Part shown: piece after piece, positions 7,182-14,720 of the stretch
Position numbering within the stretch: the first letter of the stretch is position 1
Layout of the letters: each line of letters opens with the position of its first letter
From: a virus
Taxonomy: Duplodnaviria > Heunggongvirae > Uroviricota > Caudoviricetes
Reading direction: 5' to 3' (one strand)
DNA length: 14,720 bases
Virus record (IMG/VR): IMGVR_UViG_2877285697_000005
The notes under the pieces: model-generated
Told to the model about the DNA's origin: nothing
Seen by the model: only the letters and a program-made list of their open reading frames with translations
The model's database searches: none
Program-made: the position numbers and the translations under genes

Positions 7182-8339
7182 ATGCCGAGAATAATCGAAT
7201 TACGCCAGCAGAAAACCGCCATTAAAAATCAGATGCGCGACATGCTGGAGAACGCGGAAAAAGAAAACCGCAGTCTTAACGATGCTGAGGGCGCAAAATT
7301 TGACGAATTACGCGCTAAAGCTGAATCCCTCGATAAAGACATTTCCCGCCTTGAAGCCATTGCAGACGAAGAGCGCAGCAAGCCAGGTAAAAGCAGCCAG
7401 ACCACTGACCCGGCAGAACTCCGCAACTACATCCTGACAGGTGAAACCCGCGCATTAAGTACAGGCGTTCCCGCTGATGGTGGTTATACCGTTATCCCCG
7501 AACTGAACACCGAAATCATGCGAATGCTGACGGATGAATCCACCATGCGCCGCATCTGTACCGTGAAGAAAATCAGCAGCAACGAGTTTAAGCAGCTTGT
7601 TTCCGCTGGCGGTGCGACCGTTAACCACGGTGAAGAGGGTAAGACACGCGAACAGACCAGCACCCCGCAGATTAACGAGGTGAGCATTAAGCTGTATCCG
7701 GTCTATGCGTACCCGCGCACCACACAGGAAATCGTGGATTTTTCCGATGTGGACATCCTTTCATGGCTGACGGGTGAGATTGGCGACACCTTCACGGAAA
7801 CCGAAGAAAGCGATCTGGTTGTGGGCGACGGTGACAAAAAAGCAAAAGGCTTTTTATCCGTACCCCGTGCAGAGAAGAACGACAAAGAGCGTGATTTTGG
7901 TACGTTACAGGTAATTAAACCTTCCGAATCTCTGGCGTGGACATCTGCTGACCCGCTGATCGACCTGAAATTTGCATTACGTAAAAAATACCGCAAAAAC
8001 GCGGTCTGGGTGGTTAACTCCACGACGGCGGCAAAACTTCAGAAGGTGAAGAACGCGAACGGTGATTACATCTGGCGCGACCGTTTACAGGCGGGTGATC
8101 CTGATACGTTGCTGGGCCTTCCGGTCGAATATCTGGAGTTTATGCCTGATAACGTTATTGCCCTGGGTGACTTCAAACGCGGTTACTACATTGTTGATCA
8201 CGAAACAGGTGTTCGCACCAGACCGGACAACCTCACAGAGCCGGGCTTCATCAAAATTTTCACGCAGAAATATTTAGGCGGTGGCGTGGTGGATTCGAAC
8301 GCGATCAAGATTCTGGAACTGCCACAGGACGACGATTAA
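7182..8339 (+). CDS. Major capsid protein, HK97 family
   Basis: 385-aa ORF. N-terminal coiled-coil delta/scaffold-like region (ELRQQKTAIKNQMRDMLENAEKE...), then a body typical of HK97-fold capsid proteins. Gene order and size consistent. Confidence 0.85.
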   Translation: MPRIIELRQQKTAIKNQMRDMLENAEKENRSLNDAEGAKFDELRAKAESLDKDISRLEAIADEERSKPGKSSQTTDPAELRNYILTGETRALSTGVPADGGYTVIPELNTEIMRMLTDESTMRRICTVKKISSNEFKQLVSAGGATVNHGEEGKTREQTSTPQINEVSIKLYPVYAYPRTTQEIVDFSDVDILSWLTGEIGDTFTETEESDLVVGDGDKKAKGFLSVPRAEKNDKERDFGTLQVIKPSESLAWTSADPLIDLKFALRKKYRKNAVWVVNSTTAAKLQKVKNANGDYIWRDRLQAGDPDTLLGLPVEYLEFMPDNVIALGDFKRGYYIVDHETGVRTRPDNLTEPGFIKIFTQKYLGGGVVDSNAIKILELPQDDD

Positions 8340-8350
8340 CAGCATACAGA

Positions 8351-8378
8351 AGGGGCTTAAAAGCCCCTTTAGTGTTTT
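8351..8378 (+). terminator. Hairpin plus T-rich tract after the capsid gene (candidate partial terminator)
   Basis: AGGGGCTT (8351-8358), AAGCCCCT (8361-8368), then TTT AGTGTTTT. Confidence 0.4.
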
Positions 8379-8951
8379 ATGGGTGAAAAAATTATGAAGA
8401 GTATGGAAATCCGGTCATCGGAAATCACCACCAGCGCCAGCAACACGCTTACAGGCTACGTTGTTCGCTGGGATAAGCTTTCAGAACTGCTATGGGGGGA
8501 GTTTTACGAAAAATTCCAGCGGGGGGCGTTTACTGAGTGGCTTGCGGCGGGTAATGACGTTCGCGGCCTGTATGAGCATGACCACAGCATGTTACTGGGG
8601 CGCACCCGTTCCGGCACGCTGAAACTGGAAGAGGACGAAACAGGGTTACGCTTTGAACTGACCCCACCGGATACCAGTACAGGGCGCGACGTTATCGAAC
8701 TGGTTAAGCGTGGGGACATCTCGGGGATGAGCTTTGGCTTTCGCTCCCGTAAGGATGTATGGGATACCACAACAGATCCATGCGTGCGCACCGTGCTGGT
8801 GGCGGAACTGTACGAAATTACCGTTACATCGGTACCGGCTTACCCCGATTCCTGCGTGGAGCTGGCCCGCCGTTCCCTGTATGAGCAGCACCCCGAAAAA
8901 ATGCCGCGTGCGGATAATCGCCGCTGGTGGGCGGATTTAGCGGGGGTGTGA
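8379..8951 (+). CDS. Prohead maturation protease, HK97 family (S78-like)
   Basis: 190-aa ORF. Motifs GYVVRWDKLSEL, HDHSMLLGRT and GDISGMSFGF match the HK97 prohead protease pattern with catalytic His and Ser. The start may instead be ATG 8394. Confidence 0.85.
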   Translation: MGEKIMKSMEIRSSEITTSASNTLTGYVVRWDKLSELLWGEFYEKFQRGAFTEWLAAGNDVRGLYEHDHSMLLGRTRSGTLKLEEDETGLRFELTPPDTSTGRDVIELVKRGDISGMSFGFRSRKDVWDTTTDPCVRTVLVAELYEITVTSVPAYPDSCVELARRSLYEQHPEKMPRADNRRWWADLAGV

Positions 8952-8952
8952 T

Positions 8953-10164
8953 ATGTGGCCTTTCAGAAGAAAAAAAGAGCAGCGCAGCATGACGCTTGAT
9001 GAGTTTATGGCGCTGGCTGGCACATCGAACACGGGGGCGGGTGAGTACGTATCATCGGGGACAGCGGAATCACTGCCCGCCGTCATGAACGCCGTGACGG
9101 TCATCTCTGAGGCGGTGACTACCATGCCGTGTTACCTGTACCTGGTACGCAATGAGAAGGGGAAGGAGGCCCGAGAGTGGCTTGATTCTCATCCGGTCGA
9201 TCACATCCTCAACGAGCGCCCGAACGCATGGCAAACCCCCTACCAGTTTAAGCGAATGATGATCCGCCACTGCCTGTTAAACGGTAATGCTTATGCGGTG
9301 ATTCAGTGGGGGCGTGATGGTTTTCCGGTCGCTTTGCATCCTTACCCGCCGCAGTCGGTGAACGTTGAGCAGACAGGTGAGCATAACTGGCGCTACTGCA
9401 TCACTGACGCCTACACCGGAAACACCCGCAACTATTTACCGTGGGAGGTTCTCCACCTTCGTTACTCCACGGATGACGGTTTTATGGGGCGCTCACCTGT
9501 AACCATCTGCCGCGAATCGCTGGGGCTTGGGCTGGCCCAACAACGCCACGGCGCGAGCGTGATGCGTGATGGCATGATGGCGGCAGGGGTTATCACGTCA
9601 GGCGAATGGCTGGACGGCGTGAAGGGCAAACAGGCATTAGCCGCACTGGAACGCTACAAAGGGGCCAGAAACGCCGGAAAAACGCCCATCCTTGAAGGGG
9701 GTATGAGCTATCAGCAGCTGGGCATGAGTAATCAGGATGCTGAATGGCTGGCCTCCCGTCGCTTCACCATTGAAGACATCGCCCGAATGTTCAACGTCTC
9801 GCCGATTTTTTTGCAGGAATACAGCAACAGCACCTACAGCAATTTCAGCGAGGCAAGCCGCGCATTTCTCACCATGACGATGCGCCCGTGGCTGGCGAAC
9901 TTTGAGCAGCAGATAAAAAACGCCCTGCTGGTGGCCTCGCCTGTACCTGGTATCCGGTATCAGGTGGAGTTTGACAGCGCGGACCTGTTACGGGCCACAC
10001 CTGGCGAACGCTTTGCCACCTATGAACGCGGCATCAAATCCGGCGTTATGTGCCCGAACGAAGCCCGCGAACGTGAAGGGCTGTCCCCGCGTGATGGTGG
10101 TGATGAGTTCAGCCAGGCATGGAAACAGGAAGTAAAAATCAGCGAGGGAGAAAAACCGGAATGA
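8953..10164 (+). CDS. Portal protein, HK97 family
   Basis: 403-aa ORF immediately after the protease with GGGGGTG Shine-Dalgarno. Size and position typical of HK97-type portals. Confidence 0.8.
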   Translation: MWPFRRKKEQRSMTLDEFMALAGTSNTGAGEYVSSGTAESLPAVMNAVTVISEAVTTMPCYLYLVRNEKGKEAREWLDSHPVDHILNERPNAWQTPYQFKRMMIRHCLLNGNAYAVIQWGRDGFPVALHPYPPQSVNVEQTGEHNWRYCITDAYTGNTRNYLPWEVLHLRYSTDDGFMGRSPVTICRESLGLGLAQQRHGASVMRDGMMAAGVITSGEWLDGVKGKQALAALERYKGARNAGKTPILEGGMSYQQLGMSNQDAEWLASRRFTIEDIARMFNVSPIFLQEYSNSTYSNFSEASRAFLTMTMRPWLANFEQQIKNALLVASPVPGIRYQVEFDSADLLRATPGERFATYERGIKSGVMCPNEAREREGLSPRDGGDEFSQAWKQEVKISEGEKPE

Positions 10165-10499
10165 ACATAGGGCGACTGCGTGACAGGGTAACGATTCAGA
10201 CCCTGAAACAGACCAGAGCCATGACGGGCGAAATACTCGAAACGTGGGTGGACGGTCACACACTCTGGGCAAGCGTGAACATGATCAGCAGCAAGGAGGC
10301 CATTTCATCGGGTGCAGAACTGGCGACTGGAACGGTAAGGGTATGGATACGCTACAGGAAGGACATCAACGCCACCAGCCGGATAAAGGTCAATACGGGG
10401 CCGCTGGCGGGGCGTGTACTGAATATCATCGGGCAGCCGCTGCCGGATGCCGCCAGGACACGCCTTGAAATTCTTTGTCGTGAGGGCGCGGAAAAATGA
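10161..10499 (+). CDS. Head-tail adaptor / head closure protein
   Basis: 112-aa ORF from ATG 10161, overlapping the portal stop (ATGA). LRDRVTIQ ... LWASV ... VRVWIRYR pattern resembles head-tail joining proteins. The track start at 10119 lies inside the portal gene and is rejected. Confidence 0.6.
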   Translation: MNIGRLRDRVTIQTLKQTRAMTGEILETWVDGHTLWASVNMISSKEAISSGAELATGTVRVWIRYRKDINATSRIKVNTGPLAGRVLNIIGQPLPDAARTRLEILCREGAEK

Positions 10500-10792
10500 C
10501 AGAAGAACTTATCACCCTGGAAGAAGTGAAACTCCATTGCCGCATCGATGGCGACGAGGAAGACCAGTTAATCAGCGGATACATTGCCGCATCGCTTGAG
10601 GCGTGCCAGATACACATAGGCAGGCGCTTTGATGACGGGCTGGAGTTCACGCCAGCCATAAAGATTGGCTGCATGATGTTTATCGCTCACCTGTATGAAA
10701 ATCGCCAGATTGTCGCGGATAACGCAAAAACACGCGTACCCATGACGATTGGTGCACTCTGGACGGCTTACCGTGATGTGGGGGTGTACTGA
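10496..10792 (+). CDS. Head-tail connector protein, gp6-like
   Basis: 98-aa ORF, ATGA-coupled to the previous gene. N-terminus ITLEEVKLHCRIDGDEEDQLISGYIAAS matches the characteristic start of gp6-like connector proteins. Confidence 0.6.
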   Translation: MTEELITLEEVKLHCRIDGDEEDQLISGYIAASLEACQIHIGRRFDDGLEFTPAIKIGCMMFIAHLYENRQIVADNAKTRVPMTIGALWTAYRDVGVY

Positions 10793-11232
10793 TGCCGTGG
10801 CAACCATTAAGACGATGCACAGAACCAGGCTGTAACAGGCGCGTGAAGTCCGGCAAGTGTGAGGAGCACAGGCGGGCGGCATGGCGTGCAGAGGATGCCA
10901 GACGAGGACACCGCCGCGCGCGTGGGTACTCCAGACAGTGGGACAAATACCGCGCCATGTATCTGAGTAAAAACCCGTTATGCGTGCGATGCCTTGAGAA
11001 GGGGATATATACGCCCGCCGTGGTGGTGGATCACATTATCCCCATCGATGGCGGTGATGATGTTCTCTTCTGGCCCGAATGGAACCATCAACCATTGTGT
11101 CAGGCGTGCCATAACCAGAAAACGAAATGGCTTGATCCGGCAACAAAAAGCAAGCGTGCCGCAGGTGGATTTCGTGAAGAGGAAGAACGGGCCGCTAACC
11201 GCAATAACTGGATGTATGACGCTGATGAATGA
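10792..11232 (+). CDS. HNH endonuclease, terminase-associated
   Basis: 146-aa ORF with paired Cys (C-x2-C) and the DHIIP ... N ... CQACHNQKT HNH motif. Located just upstream of terS/terL as in HK97-like cos phages. Confidence 0.85.
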   Translation: MPWQPLRRCTEPGCNRRVKSGKCEEHRRAAWRAEDARRGHRRARGYSRQWDKYRAMYLSKNPLCVRCLEKGIYTPAVVVDHIIPIDGGDDVLFWPEWNHQPLCQACHNQKTKWLDPATKSKRAAGGFREEEERAANRNNWMYDADE

Positions 11233-11398
11233 GCGGGAACAAAACCGCCTTATCCGTGGACTGATAAGGCAGCGTGACGCATGGAAGACACAGGAAACAG
11301 GGCATAAAGATAAAGCGTCAGGACGCGCAGAACGCATCACAGCGAAGCGATTAACCGACCGTGACCGCGAGGTTATGGAATGTTTCCGCAATCGCTGA
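11225..11398 (+). CDS. Hypothetical small protein between HNH and terS
   Basis: 57-aa ORF from ATG 11225 (alternative ATG 11216), overlapping the HNH stop. Arg/Lys-rich. No family recognised. Confidence 0.4.
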   Translation: MNEREQNRLIRGLIRQRDAWKTQETGHKDKASGRAERITAKRLTDRDREVMECFRNR

Positions 11399-11410
11399 TG
11401 AGGCTGTATG

Positions 11411-11453
11411 ACGGGGTGGGGGGCGTTTTCAGGACAAACCCGACCCCGCCGGG
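11411..11453. other. GC-rich imperfect inverted repeat upstream of terS, candidate cos region
   Basis: ACGGGGTGGGGGG (11411-11423) and CGACCCCGCCGGG (11441-11453) contain complementary CGGGGT/ACCCCG arms. Position between HNH and terS is where HK97-like phages carry cos. Not demonstrable from sequence alone. Confidence 0.25.
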
Positions 11454-11521
11454 CACCGAACGCCTCCTCAAATTTTTATGCACGGGAATTTTTTGAAAAA
11501 TAATCTGGCGAAAAAATAAGT

Positions 11522-11878
11522 ATGGCAAGACCACCGAAAGCCCCCGCCTACCTGGATGACATCGCCGTGAAGCAGTGGCGGGAAAAATCGCGGCAGCTTG
11601 CGGAACGGGGAGACCTGACCCCCGCCGACTGGAGCAATCTGGAACTGTATTGTGTCAACTACTCCATTTACCGGAAAGCCGTTGCAGACCTTGCGGCGCG
11701 CGGGTTCAGCATTGTTAACAGTCAGGGCGGCGAGAGCAGAAACCCCACATTAAGCGCAAAATCCGACGCTGAAAGGGTGATGATAAAAATGGCCTCCTTG
11801 CTCGGTTTTGACCCGATAAGCCGCCGTAAAAATCCACCGGAAACAGAAGAAGAGGACGAGCTTGACCGCCTGGAATAA
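11522..11878 (+). CDS. terS: Terminase small subunit, P27 family
   Basis: 118-aa ORF. MARPPKAP...W......L...G.L...D...L..YC ... NP ... LGFDP.SRRK matches the P27-family small terminase pattern. Confidence 0.8.
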   Translation: MARPPKAPAYLDDIAVKQWREKSRQLAERGDLTPADWSNLELYCVNYSIYRKAVADLAARGFSIVNSQGGESRNPTLSAKSDAERVMIKMASLLGFDPISRRKNPPETEEEDELDRLE

Positions 11879-13523
11879 GTACGCAGAAGACGTAAAAACG
11901 GGCAAAATTCCGGCCTGTAAACGGCTGAAACAGGCCGTTAAACGGTACTTTTCGGACCTTGAAAGCCCCCTTTACACGTTCGATCGTGAGGTTGTGGAGC
12001 GGTTTATTGCCTTTTCCAGGGTGTGCCCGCACGTAAAAGGGCCGATGCGTGGCAGACCCATTGAGCTGGAGCCGTGGCAGCAGTTCGCCTTTGCGTGCAT
12101 CCTCGGCTTTAAGGTTAAGTCCACCGGACGGCGCAAATACACGAGCGTCTTTATCGAAGTGCCGCGCAAAAATGCGAAATCCACGACCGCCGCGATTCTG
12201 GCTAACTGGTTTCTGATTATGGAGAACGGTCAGCAGGATATTTACACCGCAGCGGTGAGCCGTGACCAGGCGCGGATCGTCTTTGATGATGCGCGTCAGA
12301 TGTGCCTTTTATCCCGACCGTTACGCAGGCGGGTGAATATTCAGGCGCATAAGGTGATACACCCGAAAAGCAACAGCCTGTTAAAGCCGCTGGCAGCAAA
12401 AGCGGCAACCATCGAGGGAACAAACCCCAGCCTTTCCATCGTGGACGAATACCACTTGCACCCCGATAACGGCGTTTATTCCGCGCTTGAGCTGGGGATG
12501 GGCGCACGTCCCGAAGGGCTGTTATTTGCTATTACCACATCAGGCAGTAACGTCGTTTCAGCCTGTAAGCAGCACTATGATTATTGCTGCCAGATCCTGG
12601 ACGGCGAAGAGGTCAACGATTCAATTTTTGTACTGATTTACGAACTGGACGACGAAAACGAGGTTGATGATCCGGCGATGTGGATAAAGGCGAACCCTAA
12701 TATTGATGTTTCCGTGGATCGTGAAAAACTGGCCTCAACCATCCAGAAAGCGCGGGGTATTCCGTCGCAGTGGGTGGAGATGATGACAAAGCGATTTAAT
12801 ATCTGGTGTCAGGGGACTACCCCGTGGATGGGTAACGGCGCATGGGCTGAGTGTGCCGGAACGTTCACGGAGGAAGATTTACACGGCCAGGAGTGTTACG
12901 CGGGGCTGGATTTATCATCCACAAGCGATATTTCCAGCGTGTGCTATGCCTTTCCGGTCGGTAAAACCATTATGCTGGTTTCCCGTCATTATCTGCCGGA
13001 GTTCCAGCTACAGAACCCCGCCAATAAAAACCGCGCTGTCTATCGTCAGTGGGCTAAAGCAGGCTGGATACGCACAACGCCTGGCGACTGCATTGATTAC
13101 GACCGGATCAGAGATGACGTCATGCAGGACGCGGAGAATTTCAATATCAGGCTGGTGGGCTTTGATACGTGGAACGCCACGCATCTCAGGACGCAATTAC
13201 AGGGGGCAGGTTTTGAGGTGGAGCCGTTCCCGCAAACCTACCTCAGATTCAGTCCGGCGGCGAAATCGTTCGAAGTTTTTGTTAACCGCAGGGTGATTGT
13301 GCATCGTGGCGATCCGGTGTTGTCCTGGTCGATGAGTAACGTCGTGATGCAGAGTGACGCGAACGCCAATATCAAGCCGAACAAGAAAAAATCACCGAAC
13401 AAGATAGACCCGAGCGTGGCGGCGCTGATGGCGTTTGGTACATTCCAGGCAGAGCATGAGGATTTTGCTTTTGATATAAGCGACAGCCACCGCCAGAAAC
13501 TGGAAGAATTTAGCGGGGTGTAA
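11862..13523 (+). CDS. terL: Terminase large subunit
   Basis: 553-aa ORF overlapping the terS 3-prime end. Divergent Walker A-like VPRKNAKST and a C-terminal nuclease-like region. Size typical of TerL. Confidence 0.85.
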   Translation: MTAWNKYAEDVKTGKIPACKRLKQAVKRYFSDLESPLYTFDREVVERFIAFSRVCPHVKGPMRGRPIELEPWQQFAFACILGFKVKSTGRRKYTSVFIEVPRKNAKSTTAAILANWFLIMENGQQDIYTAAVSRDQARIVFDDARQMCLLSRPLRRRVNIQAHKVIHPKSNSLLKPLAAKAATIEGTNPSLSIVDEYHLHPDNGVYSALELGMGARPEGLLFAITTSGSNVVSACKQHYDYCCQILDGEEVNDSIFVLIYELDDENEVDDPAMWIKANPNIDVSVDREKLASTIQKARGIPSQWVEMMTKRFNIWCQGTTPWMGNGAWAECAGTFTEEDLHGQECYAGLDLSSTSDISSVCYAFPVGKTIMLVSRHYLPEFQLQNPANKNRAVYRQWAKAGWIRTTPGDCIDYDRIRDDVMQDAENFNIRLVGFDTWNATHLRTQLQGAGFEVEPFPQTYLRFSPAAKSFEVFVNRRVIVHRGDPVLSWSMSNVVMQSDANANIKPNKKKSPNKIDPSVAALMAFGTFQAEHEDFAFDISDSHRQKLEEFSGV

Positions 13524-13536
13524 TGAGGTCAGCAGC

Positions 13537-13818
13537 ATGACAGAAGCCGAAATAACGGGATTAATCCGCCGCGTTGCCGGAATCAGCCAGCAGGCTGACG
13601 AACAGGCCACGCAGCCGGACAGCGTGACAGCCGAAAACTATGCGCGTGTTGTTGCTGAGGTGATGCGCCGTGATGGTATAGAACTTAATGGCGTGGATAT
13701 GCGCAACATACGAACCAGAGTTCTTGAGTTGCTGGCCTACCGTCGCCGCGTGGAGATGTATCGGGAGAAGGAGAAAATAACGTACCACTGGAAGAAGCCG
13801 GAGCGGTTGCGGCGGTAA
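13537..13818 (+). CDS. Hypothetical protein downstream of terL
   Basis: 93-aa ORF, helical and charged. No family recognised. Last gene before the palindrome-rich right arm. Confidence 0.45.
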   Translation: MTEAEITGLIRRVAGISQQADEQATQPDSVTAENYARVVAEVMRRDGIELNGVDMRNIRTRVLELLAYRRRVEMYREKEKITYHWKKPERLRR

Positions 13819-13873
13819 CTGGTTGATATTCCCGACGGACCAAAAATGGGTGGCTACATCCCTCGCTTCTGAG

Positions 13874-14376
13874 GACTGTTAACAAGCTGCCTGAAAGACA
13901 GTCACAAACTACGAAATTTTCGCAGTTTAATTAATGATCAGCTTAATCGCTAACCCGCTGATATTTTCGGAAACCTCAATTTGAGGAAGTCGGCGCGGTA
14001 ACTCGCTGAACTTTAAGCAAAGCGCAAAATTGCGCTTGCTGAATAATCATTATGATTACGCAGATGATTAAGGAATGACCGAAGGCGGAAATTCGCCTGT
14101 GGTTAATGGGGGAGTTGCAGATCTGCAACTCGACCATGAAACTACGGAAACTACCCGTAGTTTGGGTAGTAAGAGTAACACCCAGATTTTGGGGCTTACT
14201 CGTGATACCCAAATTTGGGGTATCAGTGGCAACCATAACGACTTTCGTTACGGTTGATGCTTTTACCCCATTGGGGGAAAGGTATTACGATAATCATAAC
14301 ACCTACCGAACAGGTAAAGCCCACCAGCCTGATTAACGTTTAACCGGAAAAAAATTCCGGTAGGTGGGGATCCCCA
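13874..14376. repeat. Non-coding right arm densely packed with inverted repeats and perfect palindromes
   Basis: GACTGT/ACAGTC (13874-13903); CCTCAATTTGAGG (13974-13986); AGCGCAA-AA-TTGCGCT (14021-14036); 18-bp perfect palindrome AGTTGCAGATCTGCAACT (14113-14130); overlapping alternative stems AAACTACGG/CCGTAGTTT and CTACCC/GGGTAG (14139-14169); CCCAGATTTTGGGG (14181-14194) and CCCAAATTTGGGG (14208-14220); CCGGAAAAAAATTCCGG (14344-14360); TGGGGATCCCCA (14365-14376). Confidence 0.6.
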
Positions 14377-14451
14377 TATCGACATTAACGCCCCTCATGA
14401 ATTGGTGCGCTTCCCCCTGGAAAGATGATCCGCCTGTATATTTCTTGTGTC

Positions 14452-14509
14452 TATTTGTTCCACGTTGTTTCATACAGTGCACCGAACGGTGTAGTCACTG
14501 GTGTAGTCA
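14452..14509. repeat. Repeat block near the right junction
   Basis: TATTTGTTCCACGTTGTT (14452-14469) shares the 15-mer TTGTTCCACGTTGTT with 6952-6966. Tandem GGTGTAGTCA at 14488-14497 and 14500-14509. Confidence 0.5.
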
Positions 14510-14555
14510 TTTTGCGATTTTTGGCACTTTTTGCGGTGAAAATTATTTAATTAAA

Positions 14556-14720
14556 TCAACGTGTTATGTGAAATAAGTTATATATAACAGCAATAAATAA
14601 TGCGAGAATAAACGGCACGATGATCTCGGCGGCAAAACGGATACCGCAGAGAATAATGACCAGCATTCCCAACATAATGACGATTTTTAGGCCATTGAGC
14701 GTGATGATCGGCTTTGCCAT
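14556..14720 (-). pseudogene. tqsA: Truncated 5-prime fragment of a host inner-membrane transporter gene, probably tqsA (ydgG)
   Basis: The minus strand from 14720 reads [46 protein letters not shown], which matches my recollection of the E. coli TqsA N-terminus. It then diverges (YNLFHITR) and stops after 54 codons. Identity rests on recalled sequence, no search run. Confidence 0.45.

Noticed and set aside
7229-13196. Numerous 60-140-aa ORFs antisense to or out of frame within the capsid, protease, portal, HNH and terminase genes
   Set aside because: Embedded in strongly supported CDSs of the head/packaging module; expected background ORFs.
13976-14576. Short ORFs at 13976-14236 (-), 14075-14257 (+), 14106-14336 (+) and 14364-14576 (+) in the right arm
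   Set aside because: No ribosome-binding sites and translations dominated by palindrome-derived sequence. The region is better explained as structured non-coding DNA.
13819-14720. Searched the element ends for a tRNA gene as the integration target
   Set aside because: No cloverleaf-compatible sequence with conserved T-loop or anticodon-arm features was seen. The junction instead appears to lie in a protein-coding gene.

Overview
The window reads as one nearly complete integrated phage satellite of the capsid-forming PICI (cf-PICI) type from an enterobacterium. All protein family calls are made by eye from the translations; no search was run. Left to right on the + strand: a P4-like tyrosine integrase (1-1218), an AlpA-type regulator (1573-1761), a divergent control region with a minus-strand putative ribbon-helix-helix regulator (2262-2567) and a thrice-repeated operator half-site, two unknown small genes, a primase-helicase with Walker A motif (3574-5391), an iteron-type origin (5404-5554), an SSB-like protein, a PerC-family-like regulator, then a complete HK97-type head and packaging module (7182-13523: major capsid, prohead protease, portal, head-tail adaptor, connector, HNH endonuclease, TerS, TerL). 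No tail, tail-fibre, lysis or helper-type repressor genes are present, which is the signature of a satellite that builds its own capsid and takes tails from a helper phage. The right arm (13819-14580) is non-coding and packed with palindromes. The last 165 nt on the minus strand look like the first ~47 codons of host tqsA (ydgG) followed by divergent sequence and a stop, suggesting the island interrupts that gene; this rests on recalled protein sequence and needs a search. No tRNA, rRNA or CRISPR array was seen.
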